A stretch of 64,000 bases of DNA, taken from contig CAVXTH010000009.1 of assembly GCA_963764625.1 (NCBI GenBank), forward strand, positions 64,001 to 128,000, given 5' to 3'. The translations under genes and the position numbers were made by a program. The first letter of the stretch is position 1, and each line of letters begins with the position of its first letter. The stretch is from Candidatus Krumholzibacteriota bacterium. Its GTDB lineage: Bacteria; Krumholzibacteriota; Krumholzibacteriia; JAJRXK01. The notes beneath the pieces are model-generated. The model searched no databases. It was given only the letters and a program-made list of their open reading frames with translations, and was not told the origin of the DNA. Shown piece by piece: positions 10,411 through 20,375 of this stretch.

Positions 10411-11096
10411 TATTGAACTCTATCCTCCTCGATGTGCCCGTCACGCAAGGTGATCTGTCGAGGGGCCAAGTCGATGACCAGCTGATCGTGAGTGGAGATC
10501 AAGAAGGTAGTTTCGTGCTTGCGATTCAGGATCAACATCAACTCCACCAATTCACGAGAGGTGGTGGAATCGAGATTGGCGGTGGGTTCATCCGCGAGCA
10601 CGATAGCCGGCTGCGAGACGATGGCTCGCGCAACGGCCACTCTCTGCTGCTGGCCGCCGGACAGCTCGGCCGGCCGGCGATTCTCCATTCCGTCCAGGCC
10701 GACTTCCTCGAGAATTTCCCGCGAAAGATCACCCCGCTTCGCGGCGGAGACTCCCTGGAGCTCCATGACGAATTCGATGTTTTCCCGGGCGGACAACACC
10801 GGAATCAAATTGTAGGCCTGGAAGACGAATCCGACGTGCCCCAGCCGGTAATCGGCCAATTCGGCGAAGGAACTCTGGTCGATGCGCCTTCCATCGAGGG
10901 TGACGCTTCCCGCGGACGGACGGTCGAGTCCCCCGATCATGTTCAGGAGGGTCGTCTTTCCCGATCCGCTAGGGCCGGCCAGGGTGACGAACTCTCCGCG
11001 GTTGATCGCGAGGTCCACTTCCCTCAGGGCCCGCACTCCGACATGATCACCCTGATAGGTCTTGGAGACTTTGTCACAAACGACGATTTCATTCAT
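10410..11096 (-). CDS. ABC transporter ATP-binding protein (LolD/MacB-type)
   Basis: Walker A GPSGSGKT, 'GFVFQAYNL', LSGGQQQRVAVARA, LADEPTANLD, STHD. Confidence 0.95.
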   Translation of the reverse strand: MNEIVVCDKVSKTYQGDHVGVRALREVDLAINRGEFVTLAGPSGSGKTTLLNMIGGLDRPSAGSVTLDGRRIDQSSFAELADYRLGHVGFVFQAYNLIPVLSARENIEFVMELQGVSAAKRGDLSREILEEVGLDGMENRRPAELSGGQQQRVAVARAIVSQPAIVLADEPTANLDSTTSRELVELMLILNRKHETTFLISTHDQLVIDLAPRQITLRDGHIEEDRVQ

Positions 11097-11105
11097 GTCG
11101 AACTC

Positions 11106-12329
11106 CTATCCCCTCGTGAGCGCTTCGATGGGTACTTTGCGCGCGGCGCGTAGCGCCGGATACACGCTGGCCAAGAACGCCAGGGCGGCGATGAACACGA
11201 CGGCGCTCACGACGTCGCCGAGCTGTAGAGTGGGATGGATCACTCTGCTCATACCCCACATTTCCGCCCCGGCCGCGAGATGCGAGAAATCGATCCCGTC
11301 GTGGAGCAGAGCGAGCGATCCGGCGGCGAGGACTCCACCCAGGGCAATGCCGATGACGAGCAAGAGAGTCGATTCGGCCAAGACCTGCTCCACGATCAAG
11401 CGTGGACGCATCCCCAAGGCCTGAAGCAGTCCAAACTCTCGGGTGCGTTCCGCCACCGCCATGAGCAGGGTATTGATCAATCCGAAGGCCATGGCAACGT
11501 ACATGACGACGTAGAAAATCCAGATCCACGACTTCCCCAGGGCAACCATGGCCTGAGTCATCGGTTCCAGCTCCGTCCATGGCTGGATGTCCAGATCTTG
11601 CGCGCGTGCGCGGGCCCGGGAGAGGAAGTCGTCGAGCCGATTCACGTCTCGCAGTCTCACCGAGACTTCGGAAACGCGATCGGCGAGACCGAGCATCCGC
11701 TGAGCGGTCGTGCGTCCCAAGAAGACGTAAGCCAGCTCCGTGCTGCCGCGGTCGGCCTTGAAGATCCCGACCACACGGAAGCCATGATCGACGACGGCAT
11801 GCTGGGTATCCTGGCTCATGAGCACCACGCGTTTGCCGAGTTCCGTGTCGAGGCGGTCCGCCAGTTTGCGCCCCAACAGGATGCCGTGATCCTCTGGCCC
11901 CTTCAGGGGTTGACCAGAGCTCGGAGCATGGCCGATGAACGACAAATCGTTTTCCCGCGCGGGATCGATGCCGACCATCGTGACGCCCGCGGACTCGCGT
12001 TCGCTCATCACCACCGCCGGACAGCGCACCCGCGCGTCCCACGCCAGCACTTCGGAACTCGTGAGAAGATCATGGAGCGCGCCCTCGGGCGATGGCATCG
12101 ACCGATCGACGGAGGGATCGTCGAGATAACCAGGCGCATGAATTTGCAGGTGACCGGTGAGGGTGTCGATCGCGTTGCGCGTCTCGTCCTCACTCCACCC
12201 GCGGATGAACGCGGCGAAGAAGAGCATCGCCCACAGGCCGAATGCGATCGTCGAGATGAGCACCGCCGTGCGCCGCCGATTCCGCAAGACGTTGCGCCAG
12301 GCCAAGCGAAAGAGGAGAGAGAGGGCCAT
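11106..12329 (-). CDS. ABC transporter permease (FtsX/LolE-like)
   Basis: 'LAWRNVLRNRRRT', large periplasmic loop, 'INTLLMAVAERTREFGLLQALG', 'YPALRAARKVPIEAL'. Confidence 0.92.
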   Translation of the reverse strand: MALSLLFRLAWRNVLRNRRRTAVLISTIAFGLWAMLFFAAFIRGWSEDETRNAIDTLTGHLQIHAPGYLDDPSVDRSMPSPEGALHDLLTSSEVLAWDARVRCPAVVMSERESAGVTMVGIDPARENDLSFIGHAPSSGQPLKGPEDHGILLGRKLADRLDTELGKRVVLMSQDTQHAVVDHGFRVVGIFKADRGSTELAYVFLGRTTAQRMLGLADRVSEVSVRLRDVNRLDDFLSRARARAQDLDIQPWTELEPMTQAMVALGKSWIWIFYVVMYVAMAFGLINTLLMAVAERTREFGLLQALGMRPRLIVEQVLAESTLLLVIGIALGGVLAAGSLALLHDGIDFSHLAAGAEMWGMSRVIHPTLQLGDVVSAVVFIAALAFLASVYPALRAARKVPIEALTRG

Positions 12330-12333
12330 GGGT

Positions 12334-13569
12334 CTACACCGCCTTCATCGCGTCGACCGGGTGCAAACGTCGGATCCGCAGCAGCGGGAAGAGGGCGGCG
12401 ATCGAGGTAACCACGAGGATCACCAGCGGGCCAATGGTCAACGAGAACAGATTCAGGCGCGGATAGATTCGGGCTGGCAGGTTCCAACGAGTCAGGAGCT
12501 CTTCGCTTCCGGAAAATGCCAGTCCATGGCGACCGACGAAGAGGGTGATTCCGCCTCCGAACGCCAGCCCCACCAGGAGACCGAGCACCAGGAGCATGAC
12601 CGACTCGATCAGAACGATGCGGCCGAGCGTGTTGGGACGGGTTCCCAACGCGAGAAGCACCCCGAACTCGCGCGTGCGTTCCAGGACCGCCATCAGAAAG
12701 GTGTTGAGAATGCTGAAGGTGACTACGAAGACGAGCACCGCGTAGAGAAACCAGCCAATGGCGGCATCGAGAGTGATTCCCTGTTTCAATCCCTCGAGCA
12801 GATTTTCCCAGGGTAGCACGACGAGTCCGGAGTCTTGAGCCAGAGCCGCTCTCACCGCCCGCGTGGTTTTGTCAACTCGATCGAGTCCCGCGGTGCGAAC
12901 CACGATGGCATGTGCACCATCGGGCAGTGAAAACACGTCTTGAAAGGTCTTCAGGGGTATCTCCACCGTAGTCCGGTCGAGATCCGGCTCACCGCTGACG
13001 AAAATCCCGACCACGATCAAAGTGGCCGCGGCCAAGGCGCCTTCGTTTCCCTGTCCCAGCACGGTGAGAGTGTCGCCCAGGGAGACTCCGAGGTTCTTGG
13101 CCAGAGTCTGGCCGAGGATCGCCTCGTCCGCATCGGGCGCAGAGAGGAAGCGGCCCTTTTCGATCGACTTTGGAAGGGAGGATAGACGCGGTTCGCGGTT
13201 GGGCTCAACTCCGACGATGGCCGCGCCGTGGGTGCGGGAGGGACCACCCACTAGGGCGTAGGACTCGCCGCGGGCTGAGACCGCCTCGACTCCCGGTACC
13301 GCGGCAATGCGCTTCTCCAGTGCGGAGGCGCCTTCGATGTAGTTCTCCAGGCGCGGTTTGTCGTGATAGCCGGTTGCCTGAACCTGGAGGTGTCCGCTGA
13401 ACACCCCCACCGCGCTCTCGATCATGGCGCGGTAGCCTCCCTGCTGAAAGGCGACCATGAACACGAGAATCGCGGTGGCGAAAGCGATGGCCGAGAGAGT
13501 GAGGACCGTGCGGCGAGGATTCCGCCACAGGTTACGTCGCGCGAGACGCAGTTCGAGTCCGGCAGCCAT
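12334..13569 (-). CDS. ABC transporter permease (FtsX/LolC-like)
   Basis: Start reassigned to ATG 13569, overlapping the upstream stop (TGATG); 'LARRNLWRNPRRT', 'LNTFLMAVLERTREFGVLLALG', 'LHPVDAM'. Confidence 0.92.
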   Translation of the reverse strand: MAAGLELRLARRNLWRNPRRTVLTLSAIAFATAILVFMVAFQQGGYRAMIESAVGVFSGHLQVQATGYHDKPRLENYIEGASALEKRIAAVPGVEAVSARGESYALVGGPSRTHGAAIVGVEPNREPRLSSLPKSIEKGRFLSAPDADEAILGQTLAKNLGVSLGDTLTVLGQGNEGALAAATLIVVGIFVSGEPDLDRTTVEIPLKTFQDVFSLPDGAHAIVVRTAGLDRVDKTTRAVRAALAQDSGLVVLPWENLLEGLKQGITLDAAIGWFLYAVLVFVVTFSILNTFLMAVLERTREFGVLLALGTRPNTLGRIVLIESVMLLVLGLLVGLAFGGGITLFVGRHGLAFSGSEELLTRWNLPARIYPRLNLFSLTIGPLVILVVTSIAALFPLLRIRRLHPVDAMKAV

Positions 13570-14351
13570 CAGTGTTGTTCCCATTGACTGCGCGGGTTGC
13601 GTAGGCTCCCCACCGTGAAGAGAGAGGAGGGAAGCTTTTGATCGAACTTCGCGTTCCTGTATTCGAGATCGGTCCAGTAGCCTGGCTTCTCGCTCTTTTC
13701 CATCCGCATCTTGGTGACGTAGACCTCCTTGTCGCCGAGAGGACCGATCTGCGTGGCCGAGAGTTTCTTCACTATCACCAGATCCTGGTCGTAGAAGGTC
13801 TCCTCGAGCAGCAAGTGATCGTCTCTCACACTGATGGATTGCTTGCCCCAAATGACCGGTGCATTGGGATGTGGAATGGCGTCGATGAGATAGACCGTGT
13901 GACCGTCCTGTTGTTTGGTGCCGGCCAGGGTGAGATCGTAGTGCACGAGCAGCGCGTCCGACTTGGCCAGATCGGAATAGGAAAAGTCCGAACCCATCCA
14001 GCTTTGGGCCATCATGCTGTACGGCAGCTTCAAAACCCGGTCGAGCTTGGGGGTGTAGATCCACATCTCATCGCCGAGTTTCAGCGTGGCACTGCCGGAT
14101 TCCTTGGCCGGTTCGGTAAACCGCACCAGGGCGTCCTTCTGACCGCGCGTCCAGCTGGACATGACGGACCGGCGCTCCCAGCTGGGGCGATGCACCGTCA
14201 TGACGATTTCCGTGCGCGAAGTGGTTCCTCGCCAGTAGTCGAAGGCAGCCTTCAGGATCGCGTGAGCGTCGGGGGCCTCCGCCCGCGTTCCCGCTGGAAA
14301 CATGACGAACAGAACGACCACGGTAATTCGTCGGATGGCTCTGAGTTTCAT
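13569..14351 (-). CDS. Outer-membrane lipoprotein-sorting protein (LolA-like)
   Basis: Signal peptide; 'LVRFTEPAKESGSATLK', 'MWIYTP', 'SMMAQSWMGSDFSYSDL', 'LPSSLFTVGSLRNP'. Confidence 0.88.
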   Translation of the reverse strand: MKLRAIRRITVVVLFVMFPAGTRAEAPDAHAILKAAFDYWRGTTSRTEIVMTVHRPSWERRSVMSSWTRGQKDALVRFTEPAKESGSATLKLGDEMWIYTPKLDRVLKLPYSMMAQSWMGSDFSYSDLAKSDALLVHYDLTLAGTKQQDGHTVYLIDAIPHPNAPVIWGKQSISVRDDHLLLEETFYDQDLVIVKKLSATQIGPLGDKEVYVTKMRMEKSEKPGYWTDLEYRNAKFDQKLPSSLFTVGSLRNPRSQWEQH

Positions 14352-15019
14352 GGTTGGCCCTCCTTCGCTTCCTGATGAGGCCCTTCCTTGGGCCCGGGCT
14401 TCGGGGCGCGAATCCCCAGCGTCAAGACGTCCAGAAAATGTCCGCCGGCCGCGACCGGATCAAACTCGGGGTCGAACCACGCCTGCAGAAAGATCCCGTC
14501 CAGCGCGCCCACGAGGACCGCCGCGAGCGCTTCGGGTTCGACATGAGAGCCCACCTCACCTTGGGCCATGCCCTCGCGCAGCATGTCCGCGAGAACCCCG
14601 CGGAACATCTCATAGAGCTGGCGAAACTCCCGCGTCAGCTGCTCGCGGAATTCGGACGCGGTGGAGGCCGACCAGAATTCCATGGTCAAGGGATAGAGGT
14701 CCTGCATTTCGCGGCAGCTCGAAAGCAGGGAATCACAGGAACGACGCAGCGAGGAAAGAGGGGAGAGTCCGGGATCCTCGGCCGTGTCGACCATGGAGCG
14801 GAAGGCCTGCTCGGTGTACCAGTGGAAGAGGCGCAGGAAGAGCTCCTCCTTGCTGCGGAAGTATTCGTACACCGTTCCCTTGCCGATGCCGGCCTGCCGC
14901 GCGATGTCCACGACCCGGGTGCCGCGGAAGCCGCGTTCGGCGAAAACGCGCGCCGCGGCCTCCAGGATTTCGCGCTCCCTCGATTCTTTCAGATCCGGTC
15001 TTGCCTTGCGCGGAGCCAT
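14348..15019 (-). CDS. TetR/AcrR family transcriptional regulator
   Basis: 'ILEAAARVFAERGFRGTRVVDIARQAGIGKGTVYEYFRSKEELF' HTH. Confidence 0.95.
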   Translation of the reverse strand: MAPRKARPDLKESREREILEAAARVFAERGFRGTRVVDIARQAGIGKGTVYEYFRSKEELFLRLFHWYTEQAFRSMVDTAEDPGLSPLSSLRRSCDSLLSSCREMQDLYPLTMEFWSASTASEFREQLTREFRQLYEMFRGVLADMLREGMAQGEVGSHVEPEALAAVLVGALDGIFLQAWFDPEFDPVAAGGHFLDVLTLGIRAPKPGPKEGPHQEAKEGQP

Positions 15020-15064
15020 GGAAGCGGCCTCTCTGGGGGTTGATGAACCTCCCTACTACGATTA

Positions 15065-15084
15065 TTGACCGACCAGTCGGTCAA
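15065..15084. promoter_or_regulatory. Putative TetR operator (perfect 9-bp inverted repeat)
   Basis: TTGACCGAC-CA-GTCGGTCAA, 45 bp upstream of the tetR start codon. Confidence 0.8.
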
Positions 15085-15092
15085 ATTATAAT
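15065..15092 (+). promoter_or_regulatory. Sigma70-type promoter facing the TPR/S41 gene
   Basis: TTGACC (15065-70), 16 bp, TATAAT (15087-92). Confidence 0.6.
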
Positions 15093-15185
15093 CTCCCGAA
15101 CCGGGTCCCGCAACCTGCTCCAACGGGATTTCGTAGGGTGCTTCGAATCCACTTGCCTCCGATTCCCCGCGAAACGAGATCTCAC

Positions 15186-16934
15186 ATGCCTTTTTCCGTC
15201 CGCGTCGCACGATTCCGCGCCCGACCTCCGTTGGCCCTCGGGTTGGTACTCGCCCTCATGCTGGTTCCTCGACCGAGCCGGGCTGCCCTCGACCTCCCCG
15301 AACTCCCCACTGCGGCGGCCGAGGCGCTGGCCTACCGCGATTCCCTGGACGTGGCCACCGCCCACCTGCGCGCGGGCGAATTCGCCGCGGCCGAACCCAT
15401 CTACCAAGAGCTCAGTCGCACCTTTCCCCAGGACGCCAGGGTGTGGAGTGGTCTCGGGTTGTGTCACTATCGCCTGAAGCGTTTCGACGAATCAGCGCGC
15501 GAGTACCTGCGCGCGGTACAGCTCGGGGTCCCCTTTCCCACCGTTTACATCTACGACGCGGCCTGCTCTGAGGCCCTCGCGGGTCAGCAGAAGGAGGCCA
15601 TGATCACCCTGAAGCGCGCCCTGGCCGAAGGTTTGGAGGATCGCTCGCTGGTTGGGCAAGATAGCGATCTCGACTCGCTGCACGATCTGCCCGACTGGCC
15701 CGAGGTGGCGGGGCTCTTACCCGCGGGCATCACCGATCGAGTGGCGGGGTGGCGCTACGATCTCGATTTCTGGTGGAAGGAAGTGCGCCGCCTGCACCCC
15801 GCGCCGTTCGCGAAGACTCCCGAGTCCGAGTTCTTGGCCAGGATCAAAAGTCTGCACGATCGCATTCCCAAGCTCAGCGACGAACAGATCATGATGGAGT
15901 TCGTGAAGCTGGCGGCCCTCTTGGGGGACGGCCACTCGGGCATCCGTCCCATGCCGCGCTCTCGAATCCAGCTCCGCTCCTTACCCCTTCAGCTCTATGT
16001 CTTCACGGATGGTGTGTTCGTCATCGACGCCAACGAGGACTACACCGATCTCATTGGCGCGAGAGTCTTGTCCCTGGGAACTCGCGAAGTCGACGGGGTG
16101 TGGCCCGATCTGGCTGAGCTCGTTCCCAGGGACAACCCCATGCGGATTCTGCAGCAGGGTCCCTTTCTGCTCACGATTCCCGCGGTCCTCCGGGAATTGG
16201 GAGCCATCGGCGACACCGAGACGGTCCCTGTGAAAGTTCGTGACGCCACCGGCAAGGAACGCACGGTCGAGGTCGAGTCCATGCCGATGGGGAGAGTCAA
16301 CTTCGAGCTGATTCCCTCCAAGCTGCCCGGCGCGGGCAAAGCTCCGCTCTATCTGTCGCACGCCGACGATGTGCTGTGGATGGGGGCTCTCGATGGCGGC
16401 CACGTCTTGTACGTCGAGTTCAACGTGGTTCGCGATGGACCCAACGAATCGATCGCAGAGTTCGCCGGCCGCATGAAAACGCGGCTCACGGAAAATCCCG
16501 AAATCGACACCGTCATCGTGGACGTGCGGAACAACGGGGGCGGGAACAGCTTCCTGTATCCTCCCCTGGTGAAGACGCTGGTGTACTACGAGGGATTGCG
16601 CGACGACACTGAACTGTACGTGCTCCTGGGTCGACAGACCTTCAGCGCGTGCGAGAACTTCGTGACCGACTTGGACACCTGGACCGGCGCCGTGTTCGTG
16701 GGCGAACCCAGCGGATCACGGCCGAACATGATCGGGGAGAGCACCTTCAGTCTGCTGCCCTACAGCGGTCTGCGGGCGGGCATTTCCTCCCGTTACCACC
16801 AGGAATCGTATCCGGGCGACGCGCGCCTTTGGATCGCCCCCAGCATTCCCATCGGACTGGGTTCAGAGGATTATTTCGCCAACCGGGATCCGATTCTGGA
16901 CACGGTTCTGAGTGGGGTGGCCAAGGGCCAGTAG
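15186..16934 (+). CDS. Exported TPR + S41-peptidase-like protein
   Basis: Signal peptide; TPR 'VWSGLGLCHYRLKRFDES' and 'YDAACSEALAGQ...LKRAL'; S41-like 'LGDGHSG', 'IVDVRNNGGGNS', 'GRQTFSA', 'VGEPSG'. Start uncertain (15138 or 15186). Confidence 0.75.
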   Translation: MPFSVRVARFRARPPLALGLVLALMLVPRPSRAALDLPELPTAAAEALAYRDSLDVATAHLRAGEFAAAEPIYQELSRTFPQDARVWSGLGLCHYRLKRFDESAREYLRAVQLGVPFPTVYIYDAACSEALAGQQKEAMITLKRALAEGLEDRSLVGQDSDLDSLHDLPDWPEVAGLLPAGITDRVAGWRYDLDFWWKEVRRLHPAPFAKTPESEFLARIKSLHDRIPKLSDEQIMMEFVKLAALLGDGHSGIRPMPRSRIQLRSLPLQLYVFTDGVFVIDANEDYTDLIGARVLSLGTREVDGVWPDLAELVPRDNPMRILQQGPFLLTIPAVLRELGAIGDTETVPVKVRDATGKERTVEVESMPMGRVNFELIPSKLPGAGKAPLYLSHADDVLWMGALDGGHVLYVEFNVVRDGPNESIAEFAGRMKTRLTENPEIDTVIVDVRNNGGGNSFLYPPLVKTLVYYEGLRDDTELYVLLGRQTFSACENFVTDLDTWTGAVFVGEPSGSRPNMIGESTFSLLPYSGLRAGISSRYHQESYPGDARLWIAPSIPIGLGSEDYFANRDPILDTVLSGVAKGQ

Positions 16935-16967
16935 ACTCGTTCGCCTCAGGCGAGGTAGGTTTCCGGC

Positions 16968-17675
16968 ATGGACGAATCACCCCCCAAGAGTCACGCCCGC
17001 GCCGTCGCATCCGTGCGCCACACCTGTATCGTGATCGGGTTCTACTGCGCACTGGGCCTCTACGGACTTTTTACCCAACACGCCAAGGGCTCCAGCCACC
17101 CGCTCGTCGAGCATCGAGGCTCCGCCTTACCTTTATACCTGGGTCTCATGGTCGCGGAGTGGGGACTTCTGCGCTATGTGATGGTGGGTACGAGAAAGTA
17201 CGGGACGAAATTTCGCGACCTCATCGGCGCTCCCTGGGCGAGGGGAAGAGACGCGGCTCGTGATCTCACTCTTGCGATCGGCTTCTGGGCACTCTGGGCC
17301 GGCGCCGAATTAGCCGTGGCTCGGCTCTTGGGAAAGGGCGGCACCGAGAGCTATGACTCTCTTCTGCCCCACGGGCCTCTCGAGGTGGCAGCCTGGATCG
17401 CTCTCGCAGTGAGCGCGGGAATCTGCGAGGAGGCGATCTTTCGGGGCTACCTCCTGCGGCAATTCAGAGCCTTCACCCAAAGCGCGACTCTTGCCGTGAT
17501 CGCGCAGGCATTGGTCTTCGGAATGGCCCACGGCTACCAGGGCCTACGGAATGTGGTGACGATCGCGGTCCTCGGCGCGGCCTTCGGTGCGCTCGCACTA
17601 TGGCGCAAGAGCCTTCGTCCCGGAATGCTCGCTCACGCCTGGATGGACATCATCGGCGGGCTCTTTGCCCGCTGA
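16968..17675 (+). CDS. CPBP family intramembrane metalloprotease (CAAX/Abi)
   Basis: 'AGICEEAIFRGYL', 'FGMAHGYQG', 'GMLAHAWMD'. Confidence 0.92.
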   Translation: MDESPPKSHARAVASVRHTCIVIGFYCALGLYGLFTQHAKGSSHPLVEHRGSALPLYLGLMVAEWGLLRYVMVGTRKYGTKFRDLIGAPWARGRDAARDLTLAIGFWALWAGAELAVARLLGKGGTESYDSLLPHGPLEVAAWIALAVSAGICEEAIFRGYLLRQFRAFTQSATLAVIAQALVFGMAHGYQGLRNVVTIAVLGAAFGALALWRKSLRPGMLAHAWMDIIGGLFAR

Positions 17676-17770
17676 TCGACTGCGCTCTAAGAATTCAAGC
17701 TGAGCGGGAATAGAAAGCCGAGGCCTCCGGTAGAGGGAGTAGATAGCAACCGCACCCCTCTGCTGGAGGC

Positions 17771-20131
17771 ATGACGATGGACTCTATTCACCTTCCCCCC
17801 GATCCTCTTACCCCCTCCGTGGTCGCGCTCCGTGTTTGTCCACGGTACAGGCCGCGCTTTCCGCATCGCCTGTTCACGACGGCTCTTACGACAGGCCTGC
17901 TGATCCTCTCGCTGGCCGGCACCGGCCGGGCCCAGCGCTCACGCCCTGTGTTGGACGATCCCATCGACCCCCGGATCGCTTCACGCACCGTGCGACTCCA
18001 ATCCCTGACCGTCTCGGTGGACGTCGACGAGGGCATGGCGGTCACCCAGCTGCGGGAGATCCTGCGCAACGACGGGGGCCGCGTGGCCGAGGCACGCTTC
18101 GTGTTACCCCTGCCCCCGGGCGCGGTCGTCCATGACGCGAGTCTGCGGATCGACGGCAAACTGGTCGAAGCTGAGATTCTTCCCGCCGGACAGGCGCGCG
18201 CGGCCTACCAGGACATCGTCCGGCGCATGATCGATCCCGCACTCATCGAATACCTCGATGAAGGATTGCTCAGCACGCGCGTCTTTCCCATTCCACCGGG
18301 CGGAACTCGTGAGCTCACGCTAAGCCTCACCGTGGCGCTGCCCGAGGACTTTGGAACGTGGAGCTACCGGCTTCCCCTGAAAGCCCTGTGTGGCGGACAC
18401 CTGGCGCCCGAACAACTCGCGGTCGAAGGGATCGTCCGCAGTCACCTCTCCCTTCAAGCGCCCTACAGTCCCACACATGCACTCGAGGTGAACCTCGACG
18501 CCGACGGGCATCGCGCGAGCTTCAGTCTGGAAAACAAGGGCGAGCTGGCGGCACGTGATGTCCTGATTCAGATCCCGTCGACGCGAGAGCGAATGGGGGT
18601 GTGGTTCGCGAGTTCCCGGCCGGCCGGCGAGGACGGATTCTTCCTGGCTCGGATTCAGCCCGGAGAGGAACAGCTCGCGGCCGCGAAGGACGCGCGGAAA
18701 CGGATTGTCTTCGTGCTCGATACCAGTGGAAGCATGGAGGGCGAAAAGTTTCAGCAGGCCAAGGCGGCTGTTCGTTACTGTCTGACTCACCTCGGGCGTG
18801 AAGACAGCTTCGGAATTCTCACTTATGCGTCGACCGTACGTTGGATGAGCAATGGGGTGGAAGCGGCGAGTCCGAAGGCACTGTCCACTGCGCTCGCCGA
18901 ACTCGATCGACTCTCCGCCCGCGGCGGCACCAACATCGAAGCTGCCTTGAACTCGGCGCTCGACGAGCTGAAGCGCGCGAACCACGAGCCAACTTACGTG
19001 CTCTTTCTCAGCGATGGTTTACCTACGGTGGGTGAGCAGAGCATCGATACGCTGCTTGCGCTGGCCAAGACGCAAAACCAAGCCGATGCCCGTCTGTTCA
19101 CCTTTGGCGTTGGCTATGATGTCAACACGCGGCTCCTCGATGGCCTGGCGAGTGGCAGCCGCGCCCTCGTTCGCTACGTGCTTCCCGGCGAAGATCTGGA
19201 AGAGAGCGTGAGCAATCTCTACAGCCAAATCGCACAGCCCTTGTGGACCGATCTCGCCCTGAAACTGAATGGGGCAGGACTCTACGACATGAGCCCCACC
19301 GAACTCGGCGATCTCCACCGCGGCGCGACCATCACCGTCCTGGGGCGCTACCGCAACCCAGGACACTTCCGGCTGGTGCTCAGTGGACGGCAGGACAGCG
19401 CGAGGCGTAGCTTCAGTCAGACGGTCGAACTCGCCAATCGCGCTACCATGCACGACTACATCGCCAGGCTTTGGGCCTCGCGGCGCATCGCCTTTCTTCA
19501 GAGCATGCTCCGAGCCGAGGGCCGTTCCCAGGAGCTCATCGACGAGATCGTCGATCTCGGATTGCGCTATGGCATCGTGACCGAGTACACCAGCTTCCTC
19601 ATCAAAGAACCCAATGCGCAGGTGGCGCGGGCGCAGCGCGAGGGGCGGGGAATCGCCAGCATGCCGATGGCGGCCCGCGAGGAGATGGACGCACTGGTCC
19701 AGGAATCGAGTCAGGCGACGGGGAAGGTCGCGGTGAACCGCGCGAAGAAGGAGTCGAAAGATTACGCCGCCGATGCAGCACTTGTGCCCGACGCACCGGC
19801 CAAGTTGCAGTCGAACGAGCGCTGGTCGAATCCCGGCGAGCGGGCCAACGCGGGTGCGCGCATGCAGCTCGGTCGTTGGATCTTCCGTGCCGATGCAGAG
19901 GGTCGCTGGGTCGACCACCGCGCGGAGGGTGCGGATCCGAGGCTCGAGATCAAAGCCTACAGCCAGGCGTGGTTCGAGCTGGCCGAGATGCGGCCCGAGC
20001 TTCGCTCGGTGATGGGCCTTGGCTCCACCATTCGGATCGTGGTGGGCCGAGAGGTTCTGGAAATCGGGGATGAAGGCGTCGAGACGCTTTCGGCGAAGGA
20101 TCGCCACTGGTTGGCCTCCTCGCCGATTTGA
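17771..20131 (+). CDS. Exported VIT + vWA domain protein
   Basis: VIT 'AVTQLREILRN...EARFVLPLP...DPALIEY...RVFPIPPG'; MIDAS 'FVLDTSGSM', 'GGTNI', 'FLSDGLPTVG', 'FGVGYDVN'; 'YGIVTEYTSFL'. Confidence 0.9.
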   Translation: MTMDSIHLPPDPLTPSVVALRVCPRYRPRFPHRLFTTALTTGLLILSLAGTGRAQRSRPVLDDPIDPRIASRTVRLQSLTVSVDVDEGMAVTQLREILRNDGGRVAEARFVLPLPPGAVVHDASLRIDGKLVEAEILPAGQARAAYQDIVRRMIDPALIEYLDEGLLSTRVFPIPPGGTRELTLSLTVALPEDFGTWSYRLPLKALCGGHLAPEQLAVEGIVRSHLSLQAPYSPTHALEVNLDADGHRASFSLENKGELAARDVLIQIPSTRERMGVWFASSRPAGEDGFFLARIQPGEEQLAAAKDARKRIVFVLDTSGSMEGEKFQQAKAAVRYCLTHLGREDSFGILTYASTVRWMSNGVEAASPKALSTALAELDRLSARGGTNIEAALNSALDELKRANHEPTYVLFLSDGLPTVGEQSIDTLLALAKTQNQADARLFTFGVGYDVNTRLLDGLASGSRALVRYVLPGEDLEESVSNLYSQIAQPLWTDLALKLNGAGLYDMSPTELGDLHRGATITVLGRYRNPGHFRLVLSGRQDSARRSFSQTVELANRATMHDYIARLWASRRIAFLQSMLRAEGRSQELIDEIVDLGLRYGIVTEYTSFLIKEPNAQVARAQREGRGIASMPMAAREEMDALVQESSQATGKVAVNRAKKESKDYAADAALVPDAPAKLQSNERWSNPGERANAGARMQLGRWIFRADAEGRWVDHRAEGADPRLEIKAYSQAWFELAEMRPELRSVMGLGSTIRIVVGREVLEIGDEGVETLSAKDRHWLASSPI

Positions 20132-20159
20132 GGCCGAAGCCCGGTTCACCGTGGCCATG

Positions 20160-20194
20160 GGCGCAAGCACTCCGAGCAGTGCTTGCGCCTTCGT
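20160..20194 (+). terminator. Stem-loop after the VIT-vWA gene, possible terminator
   Basis: GGCGCAAGCACT-CCGAGC-AGTGCTTGCGCC, a perfect 12-bp stem, with only a weak U tract (TTCGT). Confidence 0.45.
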
Positions 20195-20375
20195 CCGTCC
20201 CCGGTCTCTTGGGGATGGTGCTGGTGCGCCTCAGGACTGGCTGAAGGTCGAAGGGCCCATTAGATTGACACGGCGTTGGACCCGACGGACGTCGATTCGG
20301 GCCGGGTCAGCTCAAGATTTTCCGTCTCGAGTGCGAGCACGGGCAAGACTTCGAAACCTGAAGAGGGGAGAGATC

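Noticed and set aside
11235-12410. 391-aa plus-strand ORF and other overlapping ORFs across the ABC operon
   Set aside because: Antisense shadows of well-supported permease genes.
13570-14064. 165-aa N-terminal extension of the permease in the ORF track
   Set aside because: Overlaps the LolA-like gene in another frame. The TGATG-coupled start at 13569 fits the family.
16968-20131. CAAX/Abi and vWA genes as an anti-phage system
   Set aside because: CPBP proteases are common housekeeping membrane enzymes, the vWA protein is exported, and no defence partners are adjacent.
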